Of a DNA stretch of 64,000 nucleotides, positions 18,644 through 27,546 are shown piece after piece. The notes under the pieces are model-generated. The model ran no database searches and was not told the DNA's origin. It saw only the letters and a list, made by a program, of their open reading frames with translations. The position numbers were made by a program, and so were the translations under genes. Origin of the DNA: an uncultured Actinomycetes bacterium (GTDB lineage: Bacteria; Actinomycetota; Thermoleophilia; Gaiellales; JAICJC01); assembly GCA_963809325.1 (NCBI GenBank), contig CAWEIZ010000007.1, positions 836,851 through 900,850 of the forward strand, written 5' to 3'. Position 1 is the stretch's first letter. Every line of letters starts with the position of its first letter.

Positions 18644-19281
18644 CAGTCGCGACGGCCGACGAGCGCCAGGCGGACGCCGAGGCCGATCATGACGACGCCG
18701 CCGATCCCGCCGAGCGCCTCGAGCCGCTGCGGCGACCTGCCGAGCCAGGCGCGCGCATAGCCCGCGGCGAGCCCCCAGATGCTGTCCGAGATCAGGGCGA
18801 TGGCAACGAAGACGAGGCCGAGCACGAGGAGCTGGAGCGGCACGTGACCCCTGGCCGGGTCGGTGAACTGGGGCAGGACCGCGGCCATGAAGACCGCCGC
18901 CTTGGGGTTCGTGACGCCGACGACGAACCCCTCCCAGAGGATCCGGCGCGTGCCGCGCGGGGCCGTGGCCGCGTCGAGCACGCTCGCGAGCTTCCGCCGG
19001 TGCCGGATCGCCTGCACGCCCAGGAAGACCACGTACGCGGCGCCGACGAGCTTGACCGCGGTGAAGAGCGTCGCCGAGCGCTCGATGAGCGCTCCGAGCC
19101 CGAGGGCGACGACGACCACCTGCGAGTAGGCGCCGGCGGCGTTCCCGACCACGGTCGCGACGGCCGCCCGGCCTCCCAGCGCGACGCCCCGGCTGATGAC
19201 GAAGAGCACGCTGGGACCGGGGACGACGATCAGGACGAACGCCGTCGCCGCGAAGGCGAGCAGGGAGCCGGTCGGAACCAC
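18643..19281 (-). CDS. LysE/RhtB family amino-acid exporter
   Basis: VVPGPSVLFVISRG motif and 5-6 hydrophobic helices. Start is uncertain: GTG 19281 was chosen to avoid the divergent gene, with ATG 19338 and 19413 as alternatives. Confidence 0.7.
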   Translation of the reverse strand: MVPTGSLLAFAATAFVLIVVPGPSVLFVISRGVALGGRAAVATVVGNAAGAYSQVVVVALGLGALIERSATLFTAVKLVGAAYVVFLGVQAIRHRRKLASVLDAATAPRGTRRILWEGFVVGVTNPKAAVFMAAVLPQFTDPARGHVPLQLLVLGLVFVAIALISDSIWGLAAGYARAWLGRSPQRLEALGGIGGVVMIGLGVRLALVGRRD

Positions 19282-19319
19282 AGCCGGGGAGGATACCGGG
19301 GTCGTGTAGCCTGACCCGC

Positions 19320-19970
19320 GTGGAACCGGCACCCGCATACGGCGTCCTGCACCTCGACGCGATCGATGCGATCCCGGTCGCCGGGGTGCGCTGGAAGCCC
19401 GTGCGGAGAACACTCGGGATCCAGGCGTTCGGCATCAACGCCTACACCGCCGACTTCGGCGAGCACGTCGTCGAGGATCACGACGAGACGGGCGGCGGGG
19501 CGGGCGGCCACGAGGAGGTCTACGCCGTCATCGCCGGCCGCGCCAAGTTCACGGTGGCAGGCGACGAGATCGATGCCGGCCCCGGCACGCTCGTCTTCGT
19601 GCGCGACCCCGGCGCCCGCCGCTCGGCCGTCGCCGCGGCCGACGGCACGACCGTCCTCGCGCTGGGAGGCACGCCGGGCGAGGCCTTCCGGCCGTCGCCG
19701 TGGGAGTGGTCGTTCGCCGCCGAGCCGCTCGTCCGCGCGGGCGACCACGAGGCGGCGATCGCGATCATGCTCGAGGCGGTCGAGCTGCACCCCGACAACG
19801 CCTCCACGCTCTACAACCTCGCCTGCTTCGAGGCGCTCGCCGGCCGGGCGGACGAGGCGATCGGGCATCTCACGCGGGCCGCCGAGCTCGATCCGAAGGC
19901 CTCGGCGTGGGCCGACGGCGACACCGATCTGGATTCACTCCGGGAGCGGCCGGACTTCCCGTTCGCGTAG
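19320..19970 (+). CDS. cupin-like domain protein with C-terminal TPR-like helices
   Basis: HDETGGGAGGHEEVYAVIAGRAKF..GPGTLVFV beta-barrel-like block, then AIAIMLEAVELHPDNASTLYNLACFEALAGRADEAIGHL. Confidence 0.6.
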   Translation: MEPAPAYGVLHLDAIDAIPVAGVRWKPVRRTLGIQAFGINAYTADFGEHVVEDHDETGGGAGGHEEVYAVIAGRAKFTVAGDEIDAGPGTLVFVRDPGARRSAVAAADGTTVLALGGTPGEAFRPSPWEWSFAAEPLVRAGDHEAAIAIMLEAVELHPDNASTLYNLACFEALAGRADEAIGHLTRAAELDPKASAWADGDTDLDSLRERPDFPFA

Positions 19971-20008
19971 CGGTCAGGGGGCGCAACCGGGCGTGAACAT
20001 CGACCTGG

Positions 20009-21238
20009 TCACCGCTCCAACCGCAATTTGGCGGCCAGGCCGGCGGCGCCGTCGCCGGGGACGATTTGGATACGGCGGAGCGTGAAGGGCTCGGTGACGC
20101 GGGCGTAGCCGGGGATGGTTGTGGACGCCAGCTGGTAGCCGGCCCGGCGGACGGCGCTGATTACGGCGGTGTCGAAGCGGCCGGCTGGGTAGCAGAAGAA
20201 GTTCACGGGGATACGGAATGCGTTCTGCAAGAATCGGCGCGATCCGGCGACCTCTGCCGGGAGAGAGTCGGCGCTGAGCCCGGTCAGGTCTGCGTGGGTC
20301 AGGGTGTGCGAGTCGACCTCCCAGTCTCGAGCGATCATGGTGCGGACGCGGTGTCGCCCGAGCTCGCCGGAGCGGACGTGATGGACGACGAGGTTGAGGA
20401 CGCCGGCCCAGCCATGGTGGGTGAGGATCGGCATGGCGTTGCGGTACTGGGTTCGGTAGCCGTCGTCGAAGCTGACGATGATGGGGCGGCTGGGCAGCGG
20501 ATCGCCGTGCCAGTAGTCGTACGCATCCTGCAGGCTGATGACGTGGTAGCCGTGTGTGGCCAGGTAGCGCATCTGCGCTGCGAATTCCCGTCGTGGCACC
20601 CAGAGCTGCGGGAAGGCGGCGCCGGGTGGCGCTACCGCGACGGCGTGGTACAGCAGCATCGGAACCGGGGCGGTGTGGGACGCCACCAGTGGGTGCGCGC
20701 AGCCCACACGGTGATCCTCGGCGTCCGCGATGCAGAGGTCGATGCCGGAGCCGCCGTCCAAACGGTCAAACGGTCGGCCGTCGCGGGCCTTCAGCGTATC
20801 CCGGCCGGTGCCGCCACTGAGGCTGTCTTGCTGACCAGGGCCTGCGACGAGCACGTCGCCGCCCTGGTTGCCGCGAAGAACGTCGTTGCCGGCGCCGCCG
20901 CGCAAGACGTCACGACCTCCACCCCCGAATACGGTGTCCGGCCCACCTCCGGCGCAAATCACATCACGCCCCGGCGTTCCAATCAGCGTGTCCTGCCCGG
21001 GCGTTCCGAAGATCGTGCACGCGGATCGCGCCGCGGCGGCATCGGACGCCCCGAACCACGCACACGGCCACCCGGAAATGGTCGCCAAACCCACGCCGGT
21101 CCATGGTGCTCCCAGACTGAGACATGTCGTTCGCGCGGCGACAGCATCAGACGCCCCGAACCAGGCGCACGGACACCCGGTCAGCCCAATCGCCAGGCCA
21201 ACAGCGATCCCCACTAGCCAGCGGCGGCACCCACACAT
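20009..21238 (-). CDS. lipoprotein with Gly/Asp-rich RTX-like repeats and a polysaccharide deacetylase (NodB) domain
   Basis: Lipobox LTGC after MCGCRRWLVGIAVGLAIG. Repeats GGGPDTVFGGGGRDVLRGGAGNDVLRGNQGGDVL. NodB block IIVSFDDGYRTQY...HTLTH. Confidence 0.75.
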   Translation of the reverse strand: MCGCRRWLVGIAVGLAIGLTGCPCAWFGASDAVAARTTCLSLGAPWTGVGLATISGWPCAWFGASDAAAARSACTIFGTPGQDTLIGTPGRDVICAGGGPDTVFGGGGRDVLRGGAGNDVLRGNQGGDVLVAGPGQQDSLSGGTGRDTLKARDGRPFDRLDGGSGIDLCIADAEDHRVGCAHPLVASHTAPVPMLLYHAVAVAPPGAAFPQLWVPRREFAAQMRYLATHGYHVISLQDAYDYWHGDPLPSRPIIVSFDDGYRTQYRNAMPILTHHGWAGVLNLVVHHVRSGELGRHRVRTMIARDWEVDSHTLTHADLTGLSADSLPAEVAGSRRFLQNAFRIPVNFFCYPAGRFDTAVISAVRRAGYQLASTTIPGYARVTEPFTLRRIQIVPGDGAAGLAAKLRLER

Positions 21239-21426
21239 CCCCCACTCACCCGACCCGTAGACCGAACCCTCCAGCGGGCTGCCTGAACGAGATGATCTCA
21301 CATTGAGACGAATGTTGCAAGGAAGCTCCGCCCCACGACATCCTGCTTCGGCGAAAGCCAATTGACACTCGACGACGAGAGAGTGGCCGCCGGGTGCGGC
21401 CGAGGCCCCGCCCCCTCCGCCCTCGC

Positions 21427-21756
21427 CTACACCGGGTCGATCAGAAAGAGCGTCGTCGCCCCCTGCGCCACGTTGTGCCCTTGGTGCGCCGGCCCACCGC
21501 CGACGAGCCACAGCGCATCGCCCGCCCCGACCCGCAGCGGCGGCGACCCGTCGTCGAACCAGTACTCGATCTCGCCCTCGAGCACCATGCCGTAGTGCCC
21601 GTCGAGGCACCAGTCGTCGCGCGCCGCGCCGGGGCCGTACTCGACGATCGCGAACCGGCGGCCGTCGACCCCGTCGATCGCGCGGGCCCGGATCCCGGGC
21701 GCGTCGTCGGCCCACTCCGCGCCGGTGAGAGGCACGAGGCGGCCGCCGGCGCTCAT
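21427..21756 (-). CDS. small cupin domain protein
   Basis: 109 aa. ATG overlaps the upstream ligase stop (ATGA). HYGMVLEGEIEYWFDDG...GDALWL cupin-like strands. Confidence 0.65.
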   Translation of the reverse strand: MSAGGRLVPLTGAEWADDAPGIRARAIDGVDGRRFAIVEYGPGAARDDWCLDGHYGMVLEGEIEYWFDDGSPPLRVGAGDALWLVGGGPAHQGHNVAQGATTLFLIDPV

Positions 21757-23273
21757 CGGCCGCTCCCCGTACCGGCCGCCTCGCGCTCTTGCTCGACGAG
21801 CACGCGGCGGAGGATCTTCCCTGACGGGCTTCGCGGGATCGCCGCGACGGCCTCGATCCGGCGGATGCGCTTGTGCCGCGCGACCCGGTCTGCGACGTAC
21901 GCCCGCAGATCGTCGAGCTCGACCTCGTCGCGCAGGACGACGAACGCCTTCGGCACCTCGCCGCCGTGCCGGTCGGGTGACGGCACGACCGCCGCGTCGG
22001 CCACGGCGGGGTGCGCCTGGAGTACGGCCTCGAGCTCGGCCGGGGCGACCTGGAGCCCGCGCACCTTGATCAGCTCCTTCAGGCGGTCGACGATGAAGAG
22101 CCACCCGTCGCCGTCGACGTGCCCGATGTCGCCGGTGTGGAACCAGCCGTCCGCATCGATGGCCGCGGCCGTCGACGCGGGGTCGCGCAGATATCCGCGC
22201 ATCACCTGCGGGCCGCGGATCACGATCTCGCCGTCCTCGCCGGGAGGCAGCGGCTCACCCGACTCGATGTCGACGGCGCGGCACTCCGTCCCCGGAAGCG
22301 GCGGACCCACCGAGGCCGGCTTGGCGTCCATGCCCGGCCCCTCCGGAGGGAGGTGCGTGACCGGGCTGGTCTCGGTCAGCCCGTAGCCCTGGACGACCCG
22401 GCAGCCGATGCGCTCGGCGACGGCCCGCGCGATCCGCTCGTCGAGCGGGGCCGCACCGGAGACGATCAGGTCGAGCGAGCTCAGGTCGTGGCGGTCGACC
22501 AGCGGATGCTTTGCGAGCGCAAGCAGGATCGGCGGCACGAGGAAGGCGCGGGTCACGCGGTGGCGCTCGATCGTCTCGAGAAACCCCGCCAGGTCGAACC
22601 GGGCCATCGTGACGACGGTGGCGCCGCGGGCGAGCGCGAAGTTCATGTTCACCGTGAGGCCGTAGATGTGGAAGTAGGGCAGCACGGCCAGGAGCACGTC
22701 GCCCTCGTCACAGCGGAAGGCGCCCTCCACCTGGACGATGTTCGCAGCCAGGTTGCGATGGGTGAGCATCACGCCCTTCGGAAAGCCGGTCGTGCCGCTG
22801 GAGTACGGAAGAGCGGCCAGATCGTCGGCGCCCGCCGGCTCCGGCGCGACGCTCTCGCCGCGAAGCTCCTCCGTCCCGACGAGCAGGACACGGGCGTCAC
22901 CCGCGGCCGCCGCGACGGCCGGGGCCAGCTCAGGCGAGGTGACGACGAACCGTGCCCGGGCGTCCCGGAGCTGCGTTCCGATCTCGGCCGGCGTCAGCGC
23001 GGGGTTCACCGGCGTGACGACGCCGCCACGCTCGAGGACCGCGTGGAACACGACCGCGAACTCGGGCACGTTCGGCAGCACCACACCGACGACGTCACCG
23101 GGAGCGTGGCCCGCCCGCGCCAGGCCGCCGGCCAGAGCGGCGATCTCGGCGGGAAGGTCGCCGTAGGCGATCGCCCGGCCGGAGGCGGAATCGACGAGCG
23201 CCGCCTTCGCCCCGAGCCTCGAGGCGTGGCGGAGCACGAGCGGCGTGAGTGAGGTGTCCGGCAGGTCGATCAT
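21753..23273 (-). CDS. AMP-dependent acyl-CoA synthetase/ligase (4-coumarate/long-chain type)
   Basis: YSSGTTGFPKGVMLTHRN, GYGLTETS, WFHTGDIG, KELIKVRGLQVAPAELE. ATG 23273 is preferred over 23318, which would overlap the divergent CBS gene. Confidence 0.9.
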   Translation of the reverse strand: MIDLPDTSLTPLVLRHASRLGAKAALVDSASGRAIAYGDLPAEIAALAGGLARAGHAPGDVVGVVLPNVPEFAVVFHAVLERGGVVTPVNPALTPAEIGTQLRDARARFVVTSPELAPAVAAAAGDARVLLVGTEELRGESVAPEPAGADDLAALPYSSGTTGFPKGVMLTHRNLAANIVQVEGAFRCDEGDVLLAVLPYFHIYGLTVNMNFALARGATVVTMARFDLAGFLETIERHRVTRAFLVPPILLALAKHPLVDRHDLSSLDLIVSGAAPLDERIARAVAERIGCRVVQGYGLTETSPVTHLPPEGPGMDAKPASVGPPLPGTECRAVDIESGEPLPPGEDGEIVIRGPQVMRGYLRDPASTAAAIDADGWFHTGDIGHVDGDGWLFIVDRLKELIKVRGLQVAPAELEAVLQAHPAVADAAVVPSPDRHGGEVPKAFVVLRDEVELDDLRAYVADRVARHKRIRRIEAVAAIPRSPSGKILRRVLVEQEREAAGTGSGR

Positions 23274-23303
23274 CCGGGCCTCCGACAGTACACTTCTGCC
23301 GCG

Positions 23304-23705
23304 ATGGGAACCAGTCACGTCAGCCTGGACGAGGCCGCGATCCTCACGGTCGGCGAGGTCATGATCTCACGCCCGAAGACGCTCCCGGCCACGGCGACCG
23401 TCGCCGACGCGCGCCGGCTCTTCGAGAACCCGAGCGTCCGGACGGCGCTCGTCGTCGAGGACGGCCGCTACGCCGGGGAGCTGACGCGCGAGGACGTCGC
23501 CGGCGAGGACGACGGCGCCGCGGTCGCCGCGCTGGCCTCGACCTCCACGGGGACGGCGGCGCACGACGACACCGTCGCGTCCGCGCTGGAGCGGATGGAC
23601 GCCGCCGGCACCGACCGCCTCGCAGTCGTCGACCCGGACGGAACGCTCCGCGGGCTCGTGTGCCTCAGCCGGTCGCACGGTCAGCTCTGCACCGACCCGC
23701 GATGA
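23304..23705 (+). CDS. CBS-pair domain protein
   Basis: Two CBS-like units (VGEVMISRPKTLPATATVADARRLF...; TVASALERMDAAGTDRLAVVDPDGTLRGLV). Confidence 0.75.
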   Translation: MGTSHVSLDEAAILTVGEVMISRPKTLPATATVADARRLFENPSVRTALVVEDGRYAGELTREDVAGEDDGAAVAALASTSTGTAAHDDTVASALERMDAAGTDRLAVVDPDGTLRGLVCLSRSHGQLCTDPR

Positions 23706-25339
23706 GGCTCATCGCGCTGCGTGACGCCGTCAAGTCGTACGGCAGCCGCACCGTGCTCCGCGGTCTCGACCTCGAGGTCGGTGAGCGCGCCCGGATCGGC
23801 GTGATCGGCCAGAACGGCTCGGGGAAGAGCACCCTGCTTCGGATCCTCGCCGGGCTCGACGAGCCGGACTCCGCGCCTGCGGTGCGAAGGCGCGGGATGG
23901 TCGCCTCCTACCTCCCCCAGCTCGTCGGCCCCGACCCGCGCACGCCGATCGAGATCTGCCACGCCGCCCGGCCGGACATCGCCCGGGTCGAGCGCGAGCT
24001 CGAGGAGTGCGCGATCCGCCTCGGGAGCCCCGAGGCGGTCGCCGACATGGCGGTGATGCAGCGGGCGATCAACCGGCAGGAGCGCCTGATCCAGGAGTAC
24101 GACCAGCTCGGCGGCCACGCCTTCGACGGGACGGTGCGCGGGCACCTCCAGACCCTCGGCCTGACCGACGCCGAGGTCGAGCGCCCGCACTCCGAGCTCT
24201 CGGGCGGAAAGCGCAAGCTCGTGGCGCTGGCGGCGTGCCTCGCCCAGGAGCCCGACCTGCTGCTCCTCGACGAGCCCGAGACGCACCTCGACGCCGTGCG
24301 CCGGAGCGGGCTCGAGGAGCTCGTGGGCGAGTTCCCCGGAGCGGTGATCATGGTGTCGCACGACCGCTACCTGCTCGACGAGTCGGTGACGGCGATCGCC
24401 GAGCTCGACCGGGGCGTCATCCGCATGTGGCCCGGCAACTACTCCGCCTACCAGGCGGCCCGCGAGCTCGAGCTCCAGCAGCAGGCGGCGGCGTTCGCCG
24501 CGCAGCAGAAGGAGATCGCACGCCTCGAGGAGGCGATCCGGCGCTACAAGCAGTGGGCGAGCATGGTCGACGACCGCCGCCACACGATCCGAGCCCGAAA
24601 CACGCAGCGCCGGATCGAGCGGATGGACAAGGTCGACCGGCCCGTCATGGAGCGCCGCCGGATCGGGCTGGCGCTGCGAAGCGGAGAGCGCGGCGGAAAG
24701 CGTGTCGCCGAGCTGCGCGACGTCACGGTCGCGTTCGACGACGATCCGGTGCTCGTCGACGTCGACCTCACGATCTTCCGCGGCGAGCGGATCGGCGTCA
24801 TCGGCCGAAACGGCAGCGGGAAGAGCGTCCTCGTGAAGGCACTGACCGGCATGCTGCCCGTCGCCGAGGGGGAGGCCTGGCGCGGGCCGTCGATCCGCAT
24901 CGGGTATCTGGCCCAGGAGCACTCGCCCGCCCCACCGGGGCGCACGCCGGTCGACATCCTGCGGGCGCAGAAGCCCTGCACCGAGGAGGAGGCCGTCCAG
25001 GCGCTGCTTCGGTTCCTCTTCAGCTACGAGCAGTGCCGCCAGCCGGTCGCGTCGTTCTCGGGCGGCGAGCGCACGCGCCTCGAGCTGCTCCTGCTCATGC
25101 GCGGCGGCGCGAACTTCCTCGTCCTCGACGAGCCGACGAACCACCTCGACATCGACTCGGTCGAGACGCTCGAGGCCGCGATCGAGAGCTACGACGGGAC
25201 GGTCGTGGCAGTGTCACACGACCGCTACTTCCTCGACCGGATCGCCGACCGCATCGTCGAGGTGGCCGGCGGCGAGGCGCACGCGTACGAGGGCGGCTAC
25301 TCCACGTGGTACGCCCGCCACCGCGCCCCCGCCGCGTAG
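23702..25339 (+). CDS. ABC-F family ATPase (two ABC cassettes, no TM domain)
   Basis: Walker A GQNGSGKST and GRNGSGKSV, signatures LSGGKRKL and FSGGERTRL. ATG 23702 overlaps the CBS stop (ATGA). Confidence 0.9.
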   Translation: MRLIALRDAVKSYGSRTVLRGLDLEVGERARIGVIGQNGSGKSTLLRILAGLDEPDSAPAVRRRGMVASYLPQLVGPDPRTPIEICHAARPDIARVERELEECAIRLGSPEAVADMAVMQRAINRQERLIQEYDQLGGHAFDGTVRGHLQTLGLTDAEVERPHSELSGGKRKLVALAACLAQEPDLLLLDEPETHLDAVRRSGLEELVGEFPGAVIMVSHDRYLLDESVTAIAELDRGVIRMWPGNYSAYQAARELELQQQAAAFAAQQKEIARLEEAIRRYKQWASMVDDRRHTIRARNTQRRIERMDKVDRPVMERRRIGLALRSGERGGKRVAELRDVTVAFDDDPVLVDVDLTIFRGERIGVIGRNGSGKSVLVKALTGMLPVAEGEAWRGPSIRIGYLAQEHSPAPPGRTPVDILRAQKPCTEEEAVQALLRFLFSYEQCRQPVASFSGGERTRLELLLLMRGGANFLVLDEPTNHLDIDSVETLEAAIESYDGTVVAVSHDRYFLDRIADRIVEVAGGEAHAYEGGYSTWYARHRAPAA

Positions 25340-25383
25340 CCGCATACAAAACGGGGTCAGACCCCAATGTTGCACCGAGATGC

Positions 25384-25773
25384 CTAGCCGGGTGTGACAG
25401 GCGTCCCGGTGGGACCGGGCCCGCGGTTCAACCACCAGCGATCGAGGATCGAATCGGCAGTCACGTAGAACCCGACGGCGATCCCGATCGTCCCGCCGCC
25501 GAATCCTGCGCCGGCGAGCAGAAGCCCCTCGTATGCGACCGCCATGACGCCGAAGCCGACCCCGAACGAGAGCCACAGGGGCGTCGAGCCGCAGGCGGGC
25601 AACCGGCGCCGACCGAAGAGGCGCCGCGAGGCCAGCGACGCCACCACGGCACAGCCGAGCAGGAGCACAAACCCGGCCAGGCCGTCGCTGGGCCCGAACA
25701 GCGCCAGCGGCACCATGAACGCCTGCCAGATGGCGAGGAACCCGAGATCCGCCCGGGTGATGAGCCTGCCCAT
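25384..25773 (-). CDS. small integral membrane protein, unknown function
   Basis: 129 aa with 4 hydrophobic segments. Flanked by the GGGGTC-N-GACCCC motifs. Confidence 0.5.
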   Translation of the reverse strand: MGRLITRADLGFLAIWQAFMVPLALFGPSDGLAGFVLLLGCAVVASLASRRLFGRRRLPACGSTPLWLSFGVGFGVMAVAYEGLLLAGAGFGGGTIGIAVGFYVTADSILDRWWLNRGPGPTGTPVTPG

Positions 25774-25836
25774 GGGGCGAGTGTACCGCCCCGCCCCGAA
25801 CGAATGGGGTCTGACCCGGTTCTTCCACCCGCGGCC

Positions 25837-26826
25837 TCAGCAGACGCACACCACACCGTCCACGCCGGGCACGCGATCCGACGCCACGAGGGCGATCACG
25901 CAGCCGCCGAACCCGCCGCCCGTGAGGCGGGCGCCGTACGCGCCGAGGCCGAGAAGCCGGTCGACCAGGGCGTCGAGCTCCGGCGTCGAGACCGCGAAGT
26001 CGTCGCGCAGGCTGCGGTGGCCCTCGGTGAGGATCGCGCCCGCATCCTCGAGGTCGCCCGCGCGGAGGGCGCGCACCATGCGATGCACCCGCTCGTTCTC
26101 GGAGACGACGTGCCTCGCGACCGGGTCGTCGGCGACCTGCTCGGGCGTCGCATAGCGAAGCGACGGCACGCCGACGCGCTCGGCCGCGGCGTCACAGGCT
26201 GCGCGCCGCTCGGCGTAGCGACCGTCCGACAGCGACCGGCGAACCCCGGAGTCGACGACGACGATCGCCGCGTCGTCGGGAAGCGCGACCCGCTCGACGA
26301 CAGCGTCGCGGCAGTCCACGAGAAGCGGCTCACGCGGGCGCCCGAGCGCCGCGACCATCTGATCCATGAACCCGCACGGCACACCGGTCGCCCGCTCCTC
26401 GGCCCGCCGGCAGGCCTCCGCGAGCACCGCCGGCTCGAGGGCGAGGCCGGCGACGCGGCAGAGGGCGATGCCGAGCGCGATCGAGAGCGCGCCGCTCGAT
26501 GCCAGGCCGGCGCCCATCGGGACGCTCGTGGCAACGGCGGCGTCCACACCCACGGCCTCGCGCCCCTCCTCCGCCAGGGCCTCGAGCAGCGCGTCGGTCC
26601 ACGGCTCGATGTCGTCAGGCGCGTCGAGCGAGACGACGTTGACCGCGCCGTCAGCGCGCGGCCGGTACCCCACCAGGCAGTCGAGCTCGAGCGCCATCGG
26701 CAGCACCCAGCCGCCGTTGTAGTCGGTGTGCTCGCCGATCAGGTTGACGCGCCCGGGCGCGCGCACGAACGCCACGTCGTCGCCCGTTCCCAGGGCGGCG
26801 GCAACGGCGTCGGCGCGGCGTTCCAC
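25837..26826 (-). CDS. galK: galactokinase-like GHMP kinase
   Basis: GRVNLIGEHTDYNGG galactokinase signature and PMGAGLASSGAL GHMP motif. At 329 aa it is shorter than typical GalK. Confidence 0.8.
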   Translation of the reverse strand: MERRADAVAAALGTGDDVAFVRAPGRVNLIGEHTDYNGGWVLPMALELDCLVGYRPRADGAVNVVSLDAPDDIEPWTDALLEALAEEGREAVGVDAAVATSVPMGAGLASSGALSIALGIALCRVAGLALEPAVLAEACRRAEERATGVPCGFMDQMVAALGRPREPLLVDCRDAVVERVALPDDAAIVVVDSGVRRSLSDGRYAERRAACDAAAERVGVPSLRYATPEQVADDPVARHVVSENERVHRMVRALRAGDLEDAGAILTEGHRSLRDDFAVSTPELDALVDRLLGLGAYGARLTGGGFGGCVIALVASDRVPGVDGVVCVC

Positions 26827-26851
26827 CGCGCGAGCCTACTTGGCTGATCTA

Positions 26852-27104
26852 GATGATTGATCGATAACTTCCGCGCGCCTGGACGCCCGACGCGCTGGAA
26901 CGGCCGAATCGCGGCGGCGCTGCGGCTGCGAACCTTCGCATCGCGGCGTCCTCGGTCGGGCCAATATTCCCGATATTGGCCCTCCCTGCGTCCTTGCGCT
27001 ACTCGGTTCTCGCCCGTTCGCGGCCTGCTGGATAGCAGGCCGCTCACGATCGCCACAAGCCAAGGCTTGCGGCTGGGACATCACGGAGCTATCGATCAAT
27101 CATC
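26852..27104. repeat. structured MITE-like repeat, copy A (253 bp)
   Basis: TIRs GATGATTGATCGATA / TATCGATCAATCATC, flanked by TA (26850-51, 27105-06). Shares two near-identical core blocks with copies B and C. Internal hairpins at 26958-26982 and 27020-27043. Confidence 0.85.
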
Positions 27105-27511
27105 TAACGCTTGGCGAGGTGCGCGCCGACCCGCACGCGCAGCTCCTGCGGCGAGAACGGCTTCGTCAGGTAGTCGTCGGCGCCGAGCGAGAAGCCGGCA
27201 TCGACGTCGCGGTCCTGCGCGCGGGCGGTCAGCATGATGACCTTCATGTCACGATGCGACTCGTCCTCGCGCAGCGCCTTCAGCACCTCGAAGCCCGAGC
27301 GCTTGGGCATCATCACGTCGAGCACGCACAGATCCGGATGCTCGGTGCGGGCGAGCTCGAGGGCCGCCTCACCGTCGGTCGCGGTGATCACGTTGTACCC
27401 CTCGCGCTCCAGCCGGAACTTCACGAGGCGGAGCAGATGCGGCTCGTCGTCGGCGACGAGCACCGTGGCGGACTCGGTCTCGGTCATGGTCGACTCCTCT
27501 CGGGTTTGCAC
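27104..27511 (-). CDS. single-domain response regulator (CheY-like receiver)
   Basis: VLVADDEP...DLCVLDVMMP...IMLTA...LTKPF receiver motifs with no output domain. Confidence 0.85.
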   Translation of the reverse strand: MQTREESTMTETESATVLVADDEPHLLRLVKFRLEREGYNVITATDGEAALELARTEHPDLCVLDVMMPKRSGFEVLKALREDESHRDMKVIMLTARAQDRDVDAGFSLGADDYLTKPFSPQELRVRVGAHLAKR

Positions 27512-27546
27512 CTCATCGCCGCCTTATCGGCCAGACTAGCCTCCGA

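Noticed and set aside
26739-27237. ORFs inside the structured repeats that give similar peptides between copies (plus frame ...LRLRT.ASRRPRS...; minus frame ...NRVA.GRRE..Y..Y..DRGRRDA.VRSRS...; also 36076-36334 and 50439-50932)
   Set aside because: The similarity simply reflects conserved DNA. Start and stop positions differ between copies and run into neighbouring genes. Copy C lacks a start in the plus frame. The 53-bp deletion in copy C is not a multiple of three. Differences concentrate in paired stem positions rather than at synonymous sites.
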